Part shown: piece by piece, positions 46,598 to 55,835 of the stretch
Layout: the number at the start of each line of letters is the position of its first letter
Numbering within the stretch: the stretch's first letter is position 1
Source: an archaeon
GTDB lineage: Archaea; Micrarchaeota; Micrarchaeia; Norongarragalinales; UBA97
DNA length: 64,000 nt
NCBI GenBank assembly: GCA_020057405.1
Contig: JAGVFW010000011.1
Location: forward strand, 36,344 to 100,343
Direction: 5' to 3'
The notes under the pieces: generated by a model
What the model saw: the letters and a program-made list of their open reading frames with translations, nothing else
What the model was told of the DNA's origin: nothing
The model's database searches: none
Translations under genes and position numbers: made by a program

Positions 46598-47080
46598 ATG
46601 GAAAGAAAAACGCGCGGGCAGTCAGCGATAGAGTACTTGTCAAACTACGGCTTTGCAATCACGATCATAGTTTTGGCCGGCGTTGTGCTCTGGCAAATGA
46701 ACGTGTTTAACCCCGCGGCCCTCTTTTCATCAAAGTACTGCGGCGGCTTTTCGCAGGTCCACTGCAGCGACTTCGCGCTTGACGCGACAGGAAACATCGT
46801 CTTCGTATTTGAGAACTCGGCGAGCCAGATTTCCGACATCACGCTCGTTGACGACCAGGAACGCCAGATACCCGGCAGCGCGTGCGAAAACAGCTTTGAT
46901 TTGCAGAACAGCGCGAAACCGGGCGAAAGCTTCAAGTGTACCTCCCCGGGCGGGTCAATAATCACGGGCGCGGTATTCGGCACCATAGTGAGCGACCAGC
47001 GCATCCAAGTCCGCTACAGGACCGACGCGTCAGGCATCTACCACGTCGACACGGGCAGCATCAAGGGTTCGACGGGCTAG
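46598..47080 (+). CDS. Class III signal peptide protein (archaeal pilin-like)
   Basis: RG|QSAIEYLSNYGFAI prepilin motif followed by a hydrophobic helix. Confidence 0.85.
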   Translation: MERKTRGQSAIEYLSNYGFAITIIVLAGVVLWQMNVFNPAALFSSKYCGGFSQVHCSDFALDATGNIVFVFENSASQISDITLVDDQERQIPGSACENSFDLQNSAKPGESFKCTSPGGSIITGAVFGTIVSDQRIQVRYRTDASGIYHVDTGSIKGSTG

Positions 47081-48006
47081 CGGGATTTCAAAGTGCTCCA
47101 GCCGAAATTCCCGAAAGGAATCACCGCGCAGCCGAGAAGGTTAGGGTACTTTAGTTTTGTTACGACGAACCTGGCCTGCAGCTCAGAAGCAGTCTTTCCC
47201 AAGTGCGGGTGTGCGTTGTCTTTTCCTGCGTACTCACCGAACACGTCTAGCGCATCGGAAACGTAGCGGTCGTCCTTGCTTGGGCCGCCTGAGAGGACAG
47301 TCAAGTCGGGCTTCAAAAGTTGGTGCAGCGCGTGCATCGAGTGGCCGAGGTTCTCTGCCGCCAGCTCATACGCTCTGACTGCCACCTTGTCCCCGCGGTT
47401 TGCAAGCTTGCGAGCTTGAAAGCCGTTTTCTGCATTCGCCAGCGTTTGGATTGCGAGCATTCCGGCATGGGATTCCACGATGCCGCTTCCGGGCGGGCCA
47501 AGCACCATGTGCCCCGGCTCCAGGTCAATGAGCTCAAGCCCGCCGGCGCTGCCTACTTTCCCAAACACGCCACCGATTCCCGAACCGAGCACGAGGGTGA
47601 CTAGCCGTTTCGCCGACTTGCCTTCGCCGAAATTTTTTATGCCCAAATGATTGGCAAAAGCGTCGTTGGCCCAGTAAACGCGCCTGGGGCCCAATCCCGT
47701 TTCTTTCAGCGCACGCTGGTTTTGCAGCCCGAAGTCGACGTTCACGTCGCGGAAAAAAGGGAAGTTGATGGAGTTGCGCAAAAAGCCGCGCTCGTCAAAA
47801 ATCCCCGGCATGCAAATCGAGACCGGCGCGCGTTTATCCGAGCCCGCAGCTTTTGAGGAAAGCTCGGCAACGAGACCGAAAAATTCCTTCGCAGAAGTCT
47901 TTGGCGTTTTTGCTGAAAAGACGCGACCGCACTTGCCTGTGCGGGAGTCAATCCTGGCGGCGCGGATGCTTGAACCGCCGACGTCAACACCAATTACGTA
48001 GGGCAT
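47077..48006 (-). CDS. ROK family sugar kinase-like protein
   Basis: GVDVGGS, PG, NDA, LGSGIGG, EPGHM. Confidence 0.85.
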   Translation of the reverse strand: MPYVIGVDVGGSSIRAARIDSRTGKCGRVFSAKTPKTSAKEFFGLVAELSSKAAGSDKRAPVSICMPGIFDERGFLRNSINFPFFRDVNVDFGLQNQRALKETGLGPRRVYWANDAFANHLGIKNFGEGKSAKRLVTLVLGSGIGGVFGKVGSAGGLELIDLEPGHMVLGPPGSGIVESHAGMLAIQTLANAENGFQARKLANRGDKVAVRAYELAAENLGHSMHALHQLLKPDLTVLSGGPSKDDRYVSDALDVFGEYAGKDNAHPHLGKTASELQARFVVTKLKYPNLLGCAVIPFGNFGWSTLKSR

Positions 48007-48044
48007 GAAGAACTTTCAGCCAGCCTGTGCTTAAAAGTATTGGC

Positions 48045-48827
48045 TCAGGAGCGCACTGCGACGACGAAGTATTCCGTCGAGTCGGCAGTCGCCGCCTTGC
48101 GCGTCTCGGCGTCGACGACTTCCTTTAGAGTGAAGCCGGCTGCCTGAAGCTGGCCCTCAAGCACGGACAGGTTGATGAGAGCAAGGGCGTTGTCGCTTGA
48201 GTGCCGGGAGTAGTTCCCGTCAGTGCGGGAAACAAAATAAGTGCCGTGCTCGCGAAGCACGCCCTTGTCAACGTCGGCAGTGCTCTCAATCACTTCAATC
48301 ACTTCCCTGCCGCCCACAGTCGCGCGGTCGACGTAAGTGTAGGCAAACTCGCCCTTCACCATGGACTTTAGGTAATCGGTGACTTCAAGGAGAAGCACGC
48401 CGCCACGACGCAGGCTCAAGGCGAAGCAGGATAGCGCAGTGCGCGCCTGCTCGGGCGTGTTGTTTACGAGAAACGCGTTAGTCATGCAGATGACCGCGTC
48501 GCACTTTTTCGGAGCGACGAACTTGCGCATGTCGCCCTGGAAAAAGGAGACGCGAGAGCTTTTCGACAAAGGCTTTTGAATTGCGAGCTCGACCATGCGT
48601 TCGGAAAAGTCAAATCCAATCAGTTCGTACCCGCGCGAGGCGAGCTCGACGGAGTGGATTCCTGTGCCGCAACCGGCGTCCATCACGCGGCGCATGATAG
48701 AGGCGTTGCGCAAGAGAATTTCCTCAATGGCATTGCATTCCCGGGAAATGCCGTCGTCCTTTTGAAGACCGCGCCTGTAGAGGGGCTCGTAAAACTCAGC
48801 AGCCTCCCAATACAAAACGTCCTTCAT
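48045..48827 (-). CDS. Class I SAM-dependent methyltransferase
   Basis: MDAGCGTG, GFDFS..M, GDMR, LRRGG. Confidence 0.9.
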   Translation of the reverse strand: MKDVLYWEAAEFYEPLYRRGLQKDDGISRECNAIEEILLRNASIMRRVMDAGCGTGIHSVELASRGYELIGFDFSERMVELAIQKPLSKSSRVSFFQGDMRKFVAPKKCDAVICMTNAFLVNNTPEQARTALSCFALSLRRGGVLLLEVTDYLKSMVKGEFAYTYVDRATVGGREVIEVIESTADVDKGVLREHGTYFVSRTDGNYSRHSSDNALALINLSVLEGQLQAAGFTLKEVVDAETRKAATADSTEYFVVAVRS

Positions 48828-48895
48828 CTCTGCGCTCCGCTTTACTCATGCGGCAATCGTATTAAAAACTTCCGGCTGCCAATGTGCAATCTGCA

Positions 48896-49084
48896 ATGCA
48901 GATTATAGAGATGGCGTGGGCACTGATCGTACTCGCGTTCCTCACAATCCCGTTCGGCAGGTGGGAAATTACTGCGGCGCTTGCCGCTGCAGGAATCATA
49001 CTCTATGCAATACTGCGGCTAGTGCTCTATGAGCTTAAGCTCGGGCAGGCCGACGGCCCGAAGAAGGAAGCACCGCGACGGTGA
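48896..49084 (+). CDS. Small two-TM membrane protein
   Basis: Hydrophobic ORF of about 62 aa; overlaps the helicase 3' end by 50 nt. Confidence 0.5.
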   Translation: MQIIEMAWALIVLAFLTIPFGRWEITAALAAAGIILYAILRLVLYELKLGQADGPKKEAPRR

Positions 49085-50129
49085 TGCCGAAGGACGAGAG
49101 CACGCGCCTTAAGTGCGGCACTTCCTCTGCAGTTAAAATGCTGACGCACTCGCCGGTTGTGCGCATGCGCCCCGTGCGCCCGGCGCGGTGGAGGTAGAAT
49201 GACTGCGAGATGTCAAAAGAGTAAACGCGCTTTACGTCGGCAAAGTGCACTCCACGCGCGACTAAGTCGGTCGCTACAAGCACGCCGCCTCCGGCGGCAA
49301 AGCGCTTGACGACAGAATGGCGCTGGAATGGCTTGAGCTCAGAGTGGAGGAGAAGCACTGGTGAAAGGCCGTGGTAGCGCAGGGCTTTTGCCAAGTCACT
49401 GGCCGAATCGACGGTCGAGCAGAAGACTACGCTCTTTACCGGGGTTTCCCGAAGCAGCTTCGCAAGCAGCTTTGGCTTGGCCTCGCCAACTGCAACGAAG
49501 TGGCTGACGGTCGTGCCGAATACCGTGCCGGTCCGCACTGTCGAAAACCCGGGCTTTAGGAGCTTTGAGGCGAGAACCATCATGTCTGCGGGCATCTGCA
49601 CGCAAAACAAAAGCGTCTGGCGGGTGCGGGGCAGCTGGGACGCAATGTGACTCGAGTCCTCTGCAAACTGCTTGTAGAGAAGCCGGTCCGCCTCGTCAAG
49701 GACGATGACTGAAACATCGGAAGCCGCCAAAACCCGGCTCTGGAGGAGCTCGCGGACGCGGCTTGGCGTGCCGACGATAACTTGGGAGCCTGCGCGAATC
49801 AGGTCCTCTTGGCGGCGCGGGTCGGTCCCGCCGTATGCGGCGATGACGCGAATGTCGGTTCCGGCGGCAAGCCTGCGGCACTCGTTGGCCGCCTGGATGA
49901 CTAGCTCGCGCGACGGCTCAAGCACTATTGCCCGGAATTTCTCTCCAGAAACTAGGCGGTGAAGGAGCGGGAGCATGAAGGCGGCGGTTTTCCCCGTGCC
50001 GGTGGGCGCGCGGGCCAAAACGTCACTGCCTGCGACTATTGGTGCAAATGACTCGATTTGCACGAGCGTGAATTCCTTAAAGCCCATCTTGTTGGCATTC
50101 GCCAAGAGTACGGGGGACAGTCCTTCCAT
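49035..50129 (-). CDS. DEAD-box RNA helicase (degenerate motif III)
   Basis: Q motif, APTGTGKT, PSREL, GTP, LDEAD, TDLVARG, HRAGRTGR. Confidence 0.9.
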   Translation of the reverse strand: MEGLSPVLLANANKMGFKEFTLVQIESFAPIVAGSDVLARAPTGTGKTAAFMLPLLHRLVSGEKFRAIVLEPSRELVIQAANECRRLAAGTDIRVIAAYGGTDPRRQEDLIRAGSQVIVGTPSRVRELLQSRVLAASDVSVIVLDEADRLLYKQFAEDSSHIASQLPRTRQTLLFCVQMPADMMVLASKLLKPGFSTVRTGTVFGTTVSHFVAVGEAKPKLLAKLLRETPVKSVVFCSTVDSASDLAKALRYHGLSPVLLLHSELKPFQRHSVVKRFAAGGGVLVATDLVARGVHFADVKRVYSFDISQSFYLHRAGRTGRMRTTGECVSILTAEEVPHLRRVLSSFGITVAVLPSSGRRPARA

Positions 50130-50213
50130 AGCTAAAATTAGGGCGGGCAAAGTAGTTAATCCCGGCGCTGCAGGGGACACGGGCAGATTAGTATGAATTG
50201 TATGAAAATAAAT

Positions 50214-50381
50214 ATGACCAGCTCTTTTGAGAAGCACTTTTACGGCGCAGTAAGCGTCGGTGCGCGCGGCCAAGTGGTGATTCCCAAGGCTGCACGCAAG
50301 GAATTTAACATCAAGGCGGGCGACCGGCTGATTGTGATGGGCAAGCCCGGTGGCGGCCTCAAGCAAGGGAAAAAGGCGTAA
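50214..50381 (+). CDS. AbrB/MazE/SpoVT family DNA-binding protein (possibly C-terminally truncated)
   Basis: FYG.VSVGARGQVVIPK.AR..FNIKAGD.L. Confidence 0.75.
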   Translation: MTSSFEKHFYGAVSVGARGQVVIPKAARKEFNIKAGDRLIVMGKPGGGLKQGKKA

Positions 50382-50382
50382 A

Positions 50383-51057
50383 CTAACGCGCTTGCGTGAC
50401 GGGCTCAAACCCCGACGCCCACGAGCAGAACGCCATGACTGAAGCGTAGGCCAATGCAAGGGCCGCCAGGTCGGGGGGGACTACCGCACCGCCGCCTGTT
50501 GGCGCGAAGTACTTCCACACGCCCGCGGCGGTTCCCGAAAACTCGGCCACCAAGCCAAAGAGGGCGGTGAAAGCGTAGACGCCAAACGGCCGGTTTGAGG
50601 AAACGGAAATAACGTAAAGCCCTGCAACCGCAATCGGCAGGCTAATTGAAAGAGAACCGTTTAGGAAAGAGGCTGCGGCAACCACTACTGAAACGATGAG
50701 CAGCCAAGTGTTTCGCTCCACCCGAGCGAGGGATGATTCAAGCTGCACCACCCACCAGCCGAGAATAGCCCAGCCTAGCGCAATCCACACCGGGGCGCCT
50801 AGGATGCCTCCGTACTTGTAGAGGCCGGCGGCCACATTCGCTGTTTCAAAAATCATGCCGAGGACGGCTAAAGTAATCATGAGCTTTCGCGTGCGAAGGT
50901 CGCTGCGGAACACCACGAGATAGAAGAAAAGCGCGCCGAGGAGGACATCGCCTGCGGAGTTGCCGAATTGCGAAACGCCGTAGAGGGTTAGGGGCACGAA
51001 AAGCACGGGCCAGAGTGAAAACAAGAGTGAAAGCTGGCTGCCGAGGTTTTTGTCCAT
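50383..51057 (-). CDS. Multi-pass membrane protein with internal duplication
   Basis: Two repeats: FETANVAAGLYKY and AEFSGTAAGVWKY. Confidence 0.75.
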   Translation of the reverse strand: MDKNLGSQLSLLFSLWPVLFVPLTLYGVSQFGNSAGDVLLGALFFYLVVFRSDLRTRKLMITLAVLGMIFETANVAAGLYKYGGILGAPVWIALGWAILGWWVVQLESSLARVERNTWLLIVSVVVAAASFLNGSLSISLPIAVAGLYVISVSSNRPFGVYAFTALFGLVAEFSGTAAGVWKYFAPTGGGAVVPPDLAALALAYASVMAFCSWASGFEPVTQAR

Positions 51058-51175
51058 GACAAGTTGATTGGCCGGAAAAGCTTTTAACGCATTCCTGCCG
51101 CCAGGGCACGGGGGCAAATGGAATGTTTAAATAAGGGGCTGACGGTAATGCAACAATCAAACTAGGGGTGATTCC

Positions 51176-51835
51176 TTGGAATTCAAGGCAGTAATCGCGC
51201 TTTTAGCATTAGGTTTTGTTCTAGTCGGCTGCGTCCAAACGGGAGGAGCGGCATCTCCTTCGGGCGGCCAAGCCACCGACATTCCGCAAGCAACTTCAGC
51301 CCCGGAGGCGACAGCGGCGCCTCAAGCCACTGCTGCGGGAGGTAACGGCGCGTTGGGCGGAACCGACCTCAACGCGATGGCCGTAAACCAGATAAAGAAC
51401 AGCTTGAGCGCAGGCCAGCGCGTGAAGTGCGTTGCAACCCAATCCCAGCCCGAGGGAGTCACCTTCTCCTCGACCTACACAATCTACCTCACTGGCGACA
51501 AGCAGGCAACGGATTCGACGATTCAATCTGAGGGAAGCGTAGCGTCGTTCAAGAGCTACACCGACTTTAAGACAAAGACCGTCGCGGTTTACATGGGCAG
51601 CCAGTCTACTGGTGAAGTCAATGAATGCGATTGGCTTAAAATGACCACGACGTACGAAGACCCAGCCGGCCAGAGAATCGACGAAAGCCAACCGTTCGAG
51701 TCTGCGGTTTCAACCCAGTTCCCAGAATACACCGCAAGCTGCGCCTACGACAACTTTGACGACTCGGTCTTCACCGAGCCCACAGTCAAGGTCTGCGACC
51801 TAGCCGCAACCCCGACGGACACAGGAACGGGCTAA
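51176..51835 (+). CDS. Lipoprotein
   Basis: Lipobox LVGC; A/T/P linker; DDSVF.EP..VCD motif. Confidence 0.75.
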   Translation: MEFKAVIALLALGFVLVGCVQTGGAASPSGGQATDIPQATSAPEATAAPQATAAGGNGALGGTDLNAMAVNQIKNSLSAGQRVKCVATQSQPEGVTFSSTYTIYLTGDKQATDSTIQSEGSVASFKSYTDFKTKTVAVYMGSQSTGEVNECDWLKMTTTYEDPAGQRIDESQPFESAVSTQFPEYTASCAYDNFDDSVFTEPTVKVCDLAATPTDTGTG

Positions 51836-51927
51836 GCCCCCCGTCCCATCTTTTTTCTTTTATTTTCAGACGCTACCCAGCTAGCGCAAGCACCGGTTTA
51901 ATTGCCTTGCCGGCCTAATGATATTGT

Positions 51928-53013
51928 ATGGGACTAGCGGACAAGATTACCGAACTTGAGACTGAAATCTCCAAGACGCAGAAGAACAAGGCAACCGAAG
52001 CGCACCTTGGGCTGCTTAAGGCAAAGATTGCGAGGCTCAAAAACGAGGCCGAAGTCCAGAGAGCCAAGGGCGGCGGGTCGAGCGCAGGCTTCGACGTCAA
52101 AAAATCAGGTAGCGCTACGGTCGTCCTGATTGGACTGCCGTCGACAGGCAAGTCATCGATTCTAAACGCGCTTACTGGCACAAAATCGCGCACCGCCGCT
52201 TACGCCTTCACCACCGTCACCTGCATTCCCGGCATGATGGAATACAAGGGCGCGCAAATCCAGATTCTCGACCTGCCAGGCATCATCGCTGGCGCCGAGA
52301 GGGGCAGGGGCCGCGGACGGGAGGTCATCGCGGTTGCAAGGACCGCCGACCTCGTTCTCTTCATCCTCGACGTCTTCGACCCGCTCTACCTCCCAAAGCT
52401 TCGGGACACAATCGAGAGCGTCGGAGTGCGGCTCGACTGCAATCCCCCAAGGATAGTCATTGAAAAGCGCGCCAAGGGCGGCATGTCCATACACTACGAC
52501 ATCAAGCCAACGCACTTGACCGACAAAATCATCAACGCAGTGCTCAAGGAATACGGCATCTTCAACGCGAGCGTGGTCGTGCACGAGGACGCCACAGTCG
52601 ACCAGCTCGTCGACGTCGTGGTAGGCGGGAGGGTTTACGCAAGCTCGCTCGTAGTTGTCAACAAAATCGATCTCGTCAAGCCGGAATTCCTGAAAAAACT
52701 CCCGTTTGGGTTCCTGCCAGTCTCGGCGGAAAAGCGCACGAACATCGAGGCCCTAAAGGAAGCCATTTTCCACAAGCTCAACCTCATTCGCGTCTACACG
52801 CGCTCGAGATTCGAGGCGGCTGACAAGAACGCTCCGCTAATCGTAAAGGACGGCACCACCGTGCTTGAAGCGGCGGAGAAGCTGCACCGCGACCTGCGCA
52901 AGTCATTCAAGCACGCCCGCATCTGGGGCCCCTCGGCAAAACACCCGGGCCAGCGCGTCGGCCCCGACCACTTGCTAAAGGACGGCGACGAATTCATCGC
53001 AGAGACAAAGTAG
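51928..53013 (+). CDS. DRG/OBG family GTPase with TGS domain
   Basis: NKATEAH, GLPSTGKS, YAFTT, DLPG, NKID, WGPSAKHPGQRVG. Confidence 0.95.
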   Translation: MGLADKITELETEISKTQKNKATEAHLGLLKAKIARLKNEAEVQRAKGGGSSAGFDVKKSGSATVVLIGLPSTGKSSILNALTGTKSRTAAYAFTTVTCIPGMMEYKGAQIQILDLPGIIAGAERGRGRGREVIAVARTADLVLFILDVFDPLYLPKLRDTIESVGVRLDCNPPRIVIEKRAKGGMSIHYDIKPTHLTDKIINAVLKEYGIFNASVVVHEDATVDQLVDVVVGGRVYASSLVVVNKIDLVKPEFLKKLPFGFLPVSAEKRTNIEALKEAIFHKLNLIRVYTRSRFEAADKNAPLIVKDGTTVLEAAEKLHRDLRKSFKHARIWGPSAKHPGQRVGPDHLLKDGDEFIAETK

Positions 53014-53024
53014 GCTGCTTCGGC

Positions 53025-53312
53025 TTAGAATGCCTTGAAGTAGTGTAGCACGTAGTAGGCGAAGAGAGCAAGCGTGCACAAGGCGATTACCGGCACTGCG
53101 AGCCGGGACTGGCGCTCAAGGGGCACCGGCGGGCCGAAGAAGGCGACGAGGGCGAATACTATGATGCCGAGGATGCCCTTTCCAATCCAGTGGTGGTAGA
53201 ACGTGGCCTTGAGCCACGCCAACAGGCCCGTGCTGAGTTCCGCACCGATTGTAAGGACGGTAAGGAAGACTATTGTAACGAGCGCCGCAAGGGCGATTGA
53301 CTCGATTTTCAT
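53025..53312 (-). CDS. Small membrane protein (HHWIGKG motif)
   Basis: Three TM helices; stop/start overlap with the upstream gene. Confidence 0.7.
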   Translation of the reverse strand: MKIESIALAALVTIVFLTVLTIGAELSTGLLAWLKATFYHHWIGKGILGIIVFALVAFFGPPVPLERQSRLAVPVIALCTLALFAYYVLHYFKAF

Positions 53313-53767
53313 CCTCTTGCCTCCAGTGCCGCGCGCGCGGCGTTAGTGATGACGAAGCCCTCAAAAGCGACTATGAGCCCAAGTATGAAGATGGCGAGTG
53401 CGAAAGTCGAGGCGAGCTTGAGTGCCGCCGCGGACTTCTTCCTAAAAGCGTAGTCTATTAGAAACACGTCGGCAACAGCCAAAAACGGGAGGAAAAGAAA
53501 CACGTGCTCCTTAGTCTCGGTGCCAAGGTCGTGCGCCCAATCGGATGATGCGAGAATTAGGGGCTTTACCTGCGGGCCGTAGACGGTGATGTAATGGAAT
53601 CCGCCCATCGCCCAGGAAAAGAGCAAGAGGATGACGCCGAGCACCCCGGCCATGTGCGCCTTGGCGAAGCTTTCGGCACCCGGCTTTCGCAACTCGAGAA
53701 ACGCGAGGCCGAAGGCCATTATCCCAAGCAATCCGGCAACTGCGTGCAGGAAAATCAGCGGATTCAT
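53309..53767 (-). CDS. Four-TM membrane protein with His residues (ETKEH motif)
   Basis: Hydrophobic helices; H in TM1; ETKEHVFLFLPFL. Confidence 0.72.
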   Translation of the reverse strand: MNPLIFLHAVAGLLGIMAFGLAFLELRKPGAESFAKAHMAGVLGVILLLFSWAMGGFHYITVYGPQVKPLILASSDWAHDLGTETKEHVFLFLPFLAVADVFLIDYAFRKKSAAALKLASTFALAIFILGLIVAFEGFVITNAARAALEARG

Positions 53768-54366
53768 TTTCTTTCCTCCTTGAATACGAAGTAAACGCGC
53801 CACAGGATTGCCAGGCTTGCAAGGCCGATTATCGCCTCGCCCAGGACCGTTCCCTTAAACGCCCCGGCCTCGGTAAGCACGAAGTGGACAAGCGCGATTC
53901 CAAGGGCAACGTAGCCGAGCCGTTGGATGCGCTTCCACTTGTCATAACCAAGGCCGTCAAACACGACGTCGCTTGAAGTCGCCGCGAGCAAACTAAAGAG
54001 GGCAAACGACGCCATCGCGGCGGTTATTGAAACAAGGTTGTCGATGGTGAAAATGTAGGGGGAACTGTAAGACAGGCTCAGAAGGCCGTGGATGGCCAGG
54101 AGGGAAAAGCCCGCGATGCCGAAGAACTTGCGGTACTCCGACGGGTCGAGCTTCGGCATCAGCCACCAGCTAAGCGGCCCGAGGACAAAGGAGAGAATGG
54201 TCAGGATAGTGCCGCTTGAGGCCGTGACGCGATTGAGGAAGCGGGTGACGGGAAAGCCGGATTTGGCGTAAATGAATGCGACGAGTGCAATGACGGCTAC
54301 CGAGATTAGAATCCGCCCCACTCCTGGCGGGACGATTTTGTGTTCAACGCGGGTGGCTTTTGCCAT
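53764..54366 (-). CDS. Ferric-reductase-like transmembrane protein (MsrQ/YedZ-like)
   Basis: YRKFFG...H, LAATS, WKRIQRLGY...LVH. Confidence 0.82.
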   Translation of the reverse strand: MAKATRVEHKIVPPGVGRILISVAVIALVAFIYAKSGFPVTRFLNRVTASSGTILTILSFVLGPLSWWLMPKLDPSEYRKFFGIAGFSLLAIHGLLSLSYSSPYIFTIDNLVSITAAMASFALFSLLAATSSDVVFDGLGYDKWKRIQRLGYVALGIALVHFVLTEAGAFKGTVLGEAIIGLASLAILWRVYFVFKEERK

Positions 54367-54475
54367 GTTGCAACAAGCAAACTTTCCAAGTATTTAATAG
54401 TGCCAGAAAGCGGCAACCGCAGGGGCATCGCAAGACAAGGCAGGAAAAGCTGCGGGAGCTAGAAAACCGAGGCGG

Positions 54476-54823
54476 CTATTTTTTCTTTTCGGCCAAGTAA
54501 AGTTCGGTGCCGTCGGGGTCGGAAAAGTAGGCAAAGCGCATGTAGTCCTCGTCGAAGAATTGAAACTTGACTCCCTTCTTTGCAAGGGCCTTGGCAGCCT
54601 TGTCGAGGTCCTTGACTTCAAAGCCTATCGAGACGCTCTCCTCCTTCCTGCCGCTTCTCTTTGCGGGATAGAGGCCGATGGTGATGCCGGGCCCCTTGAT
54701 TTCGGCCCACTCGCCGTAATTGGCTAAGAGTTTGAGACCCAGGGTCTTGGTGTAAAATTTGATGGAGCGCGCCATGGTGGCGACCATCACGGCAACCTTG
54801 CCTCTCTTGAAAACGACTGCCAT
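54476..54823 (-). CDS. VOC/glyoxalase family protein
   Basis: FYTKTLGL, FEVKDLD, YFSDPDG. Confidence 0.9.
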   Translation of the reverse strand: MAVVFKRGKVAVMVATMARSIKFYTKTLGLKLLANYGEWAEIKGPGITIGLYPAKRSGRKEESVSIGFEVKDLDKAAKALAKKGVKFQFFDEDYMRFAYFSDPDGTELYLAEKKK

Positions 54824-54845
54824 AAAATCACCCGCCATTTTGATT

Positions 54846-54966
54846 AAGCTTTTCGAGGCCGACCGAGCAAAGCCTTCGGCTTTGCAGGTCCAGCAAACGC
54901 TTCGCGTTTGCCCGGAGAAGCGAGCCGGCAACCAAGCCGGGAGCCTCGCGGGCCGAAGAAAAGCTT
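54846..54966. repeat. Intergenic structured element with twin 19-nt palindromes
   Basis: GCAAAGCC-TTC-GGCTTTGC (54867-54885) and GCAAACGC-TTC-GCGTTTGC (54893-54911), enclosed by AAGCTTTTC/GAAAAGCTT. Confidence 0.7.
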
Positions 54967-55372
54967 ACTTGAAGCCGCGCTCCTCGACGATGCGCTCCTG
55001 GAGCCTTCCGCGGCTGTAGAAGACGACGACGAGGCCGGCAAAAAAGGCGGCCATGGCCATGATGATGTTGAGGCTGCTTCGGCTTTCAAGCAGGCCGAAC
55101 GCGGCGTACTCAAACGCAATCCCTATTATGAGGAGCCAAAGTAGGCGAAGCTCAATCAAGTACTCGGAGAAGAGGCCGTGGCTCTTGATTGCGGAGACCG
55201 GGTAGTTCCACATGAAGCTGGCGGCGGCTAGAAAGAGGAGCGCGGGATAGGTGAAAGTCGTCCAAGCCGGAAATATGAATTCTACAGCTGCAGCCATGAC
55301 GAAAACTACGAAAATGTGCGCGGCAAAATGCGTGTTCTCCGCTTCCTTGATCCACTCTAAAACGTTTTTCAT
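54965..55372 (-). CDS. Hypothetical membrane protein
   Basis: Four hydrophobic segments. Confidence 0.65.
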   Translation of the reverse strand: MKNVLEWIKEAENTHFAAHIFVVFVMAAAVEFIFPAWTTFTYPALLFLAAASFMWNYPVSAIKSHGLFSEYLIELRLLWLLIIGIAFEYAAFGLLESRSSLNIIMAMAAFFAGLVVVFYSRGRLQERIVEERGFK

Positions 55373-55460
55373 GAAACCCACCAAAATGACTTTGGCGGAA
55401 ACAACTATTTAAAGCCAGCCAGAGTGGTAGTTGCGACATATTTTGGAGGTCGATTCAGCT

Positions 55461-55676
55461 ATGATGGGACACGTGTGCAGCAAGTTCATGGGACTATTCG
55501 TGCTAGTGGCAGGCATTGCGTTTCTAATGCTTGCGATGGGCTCAATGGCAGCAGTGACCGTGTATTGGATTGCAGGCGCAATGTTCGCACTCTTCGGCCT
55601 GGGCAAGCTCGTGCACGTAAGCGGAATGTGCCCGATGTGCAACGCCGAAATGAAGGGCGGCTCAAAGCGCAAGTAA
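55461..55676 (+). CDS. Small membrane protein with CxxC
   Basis: GGAGGT RBS; two TM helices; CPMC. Confidence 0.65.
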   Translation: MMGHVCSKFMGLFVLVAGIAFLMLAMGSMAAVTVYWIAGAMFALFGLGKLVHVSGMCPMCNAEMKGGSKRK

Positions 55677-55691
55677 ATTCTTCCCAAAATT

Positions 55692-55740
55692 AGGGGCCGC
55701 GTGCTTTCGCGCGGAGACGGCCCTTAAACTTCTTTTTCAA
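55692..55740 (+). terminator. Hairpin plus T-tract
   Basis: AGGGGCCG...CGGCCCTT followed by TTCTTTTT. Confidence 0.45.
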
Positions 55741-55835
55741 TTATTGTTGGCCGCGCGGCTACTGCGATTAATTTGACTGTCGACACTGCACGCCATAGAG
55801 TTAAGGCCGTGGTGCAGGGGGGCGTTCACTTTCGG

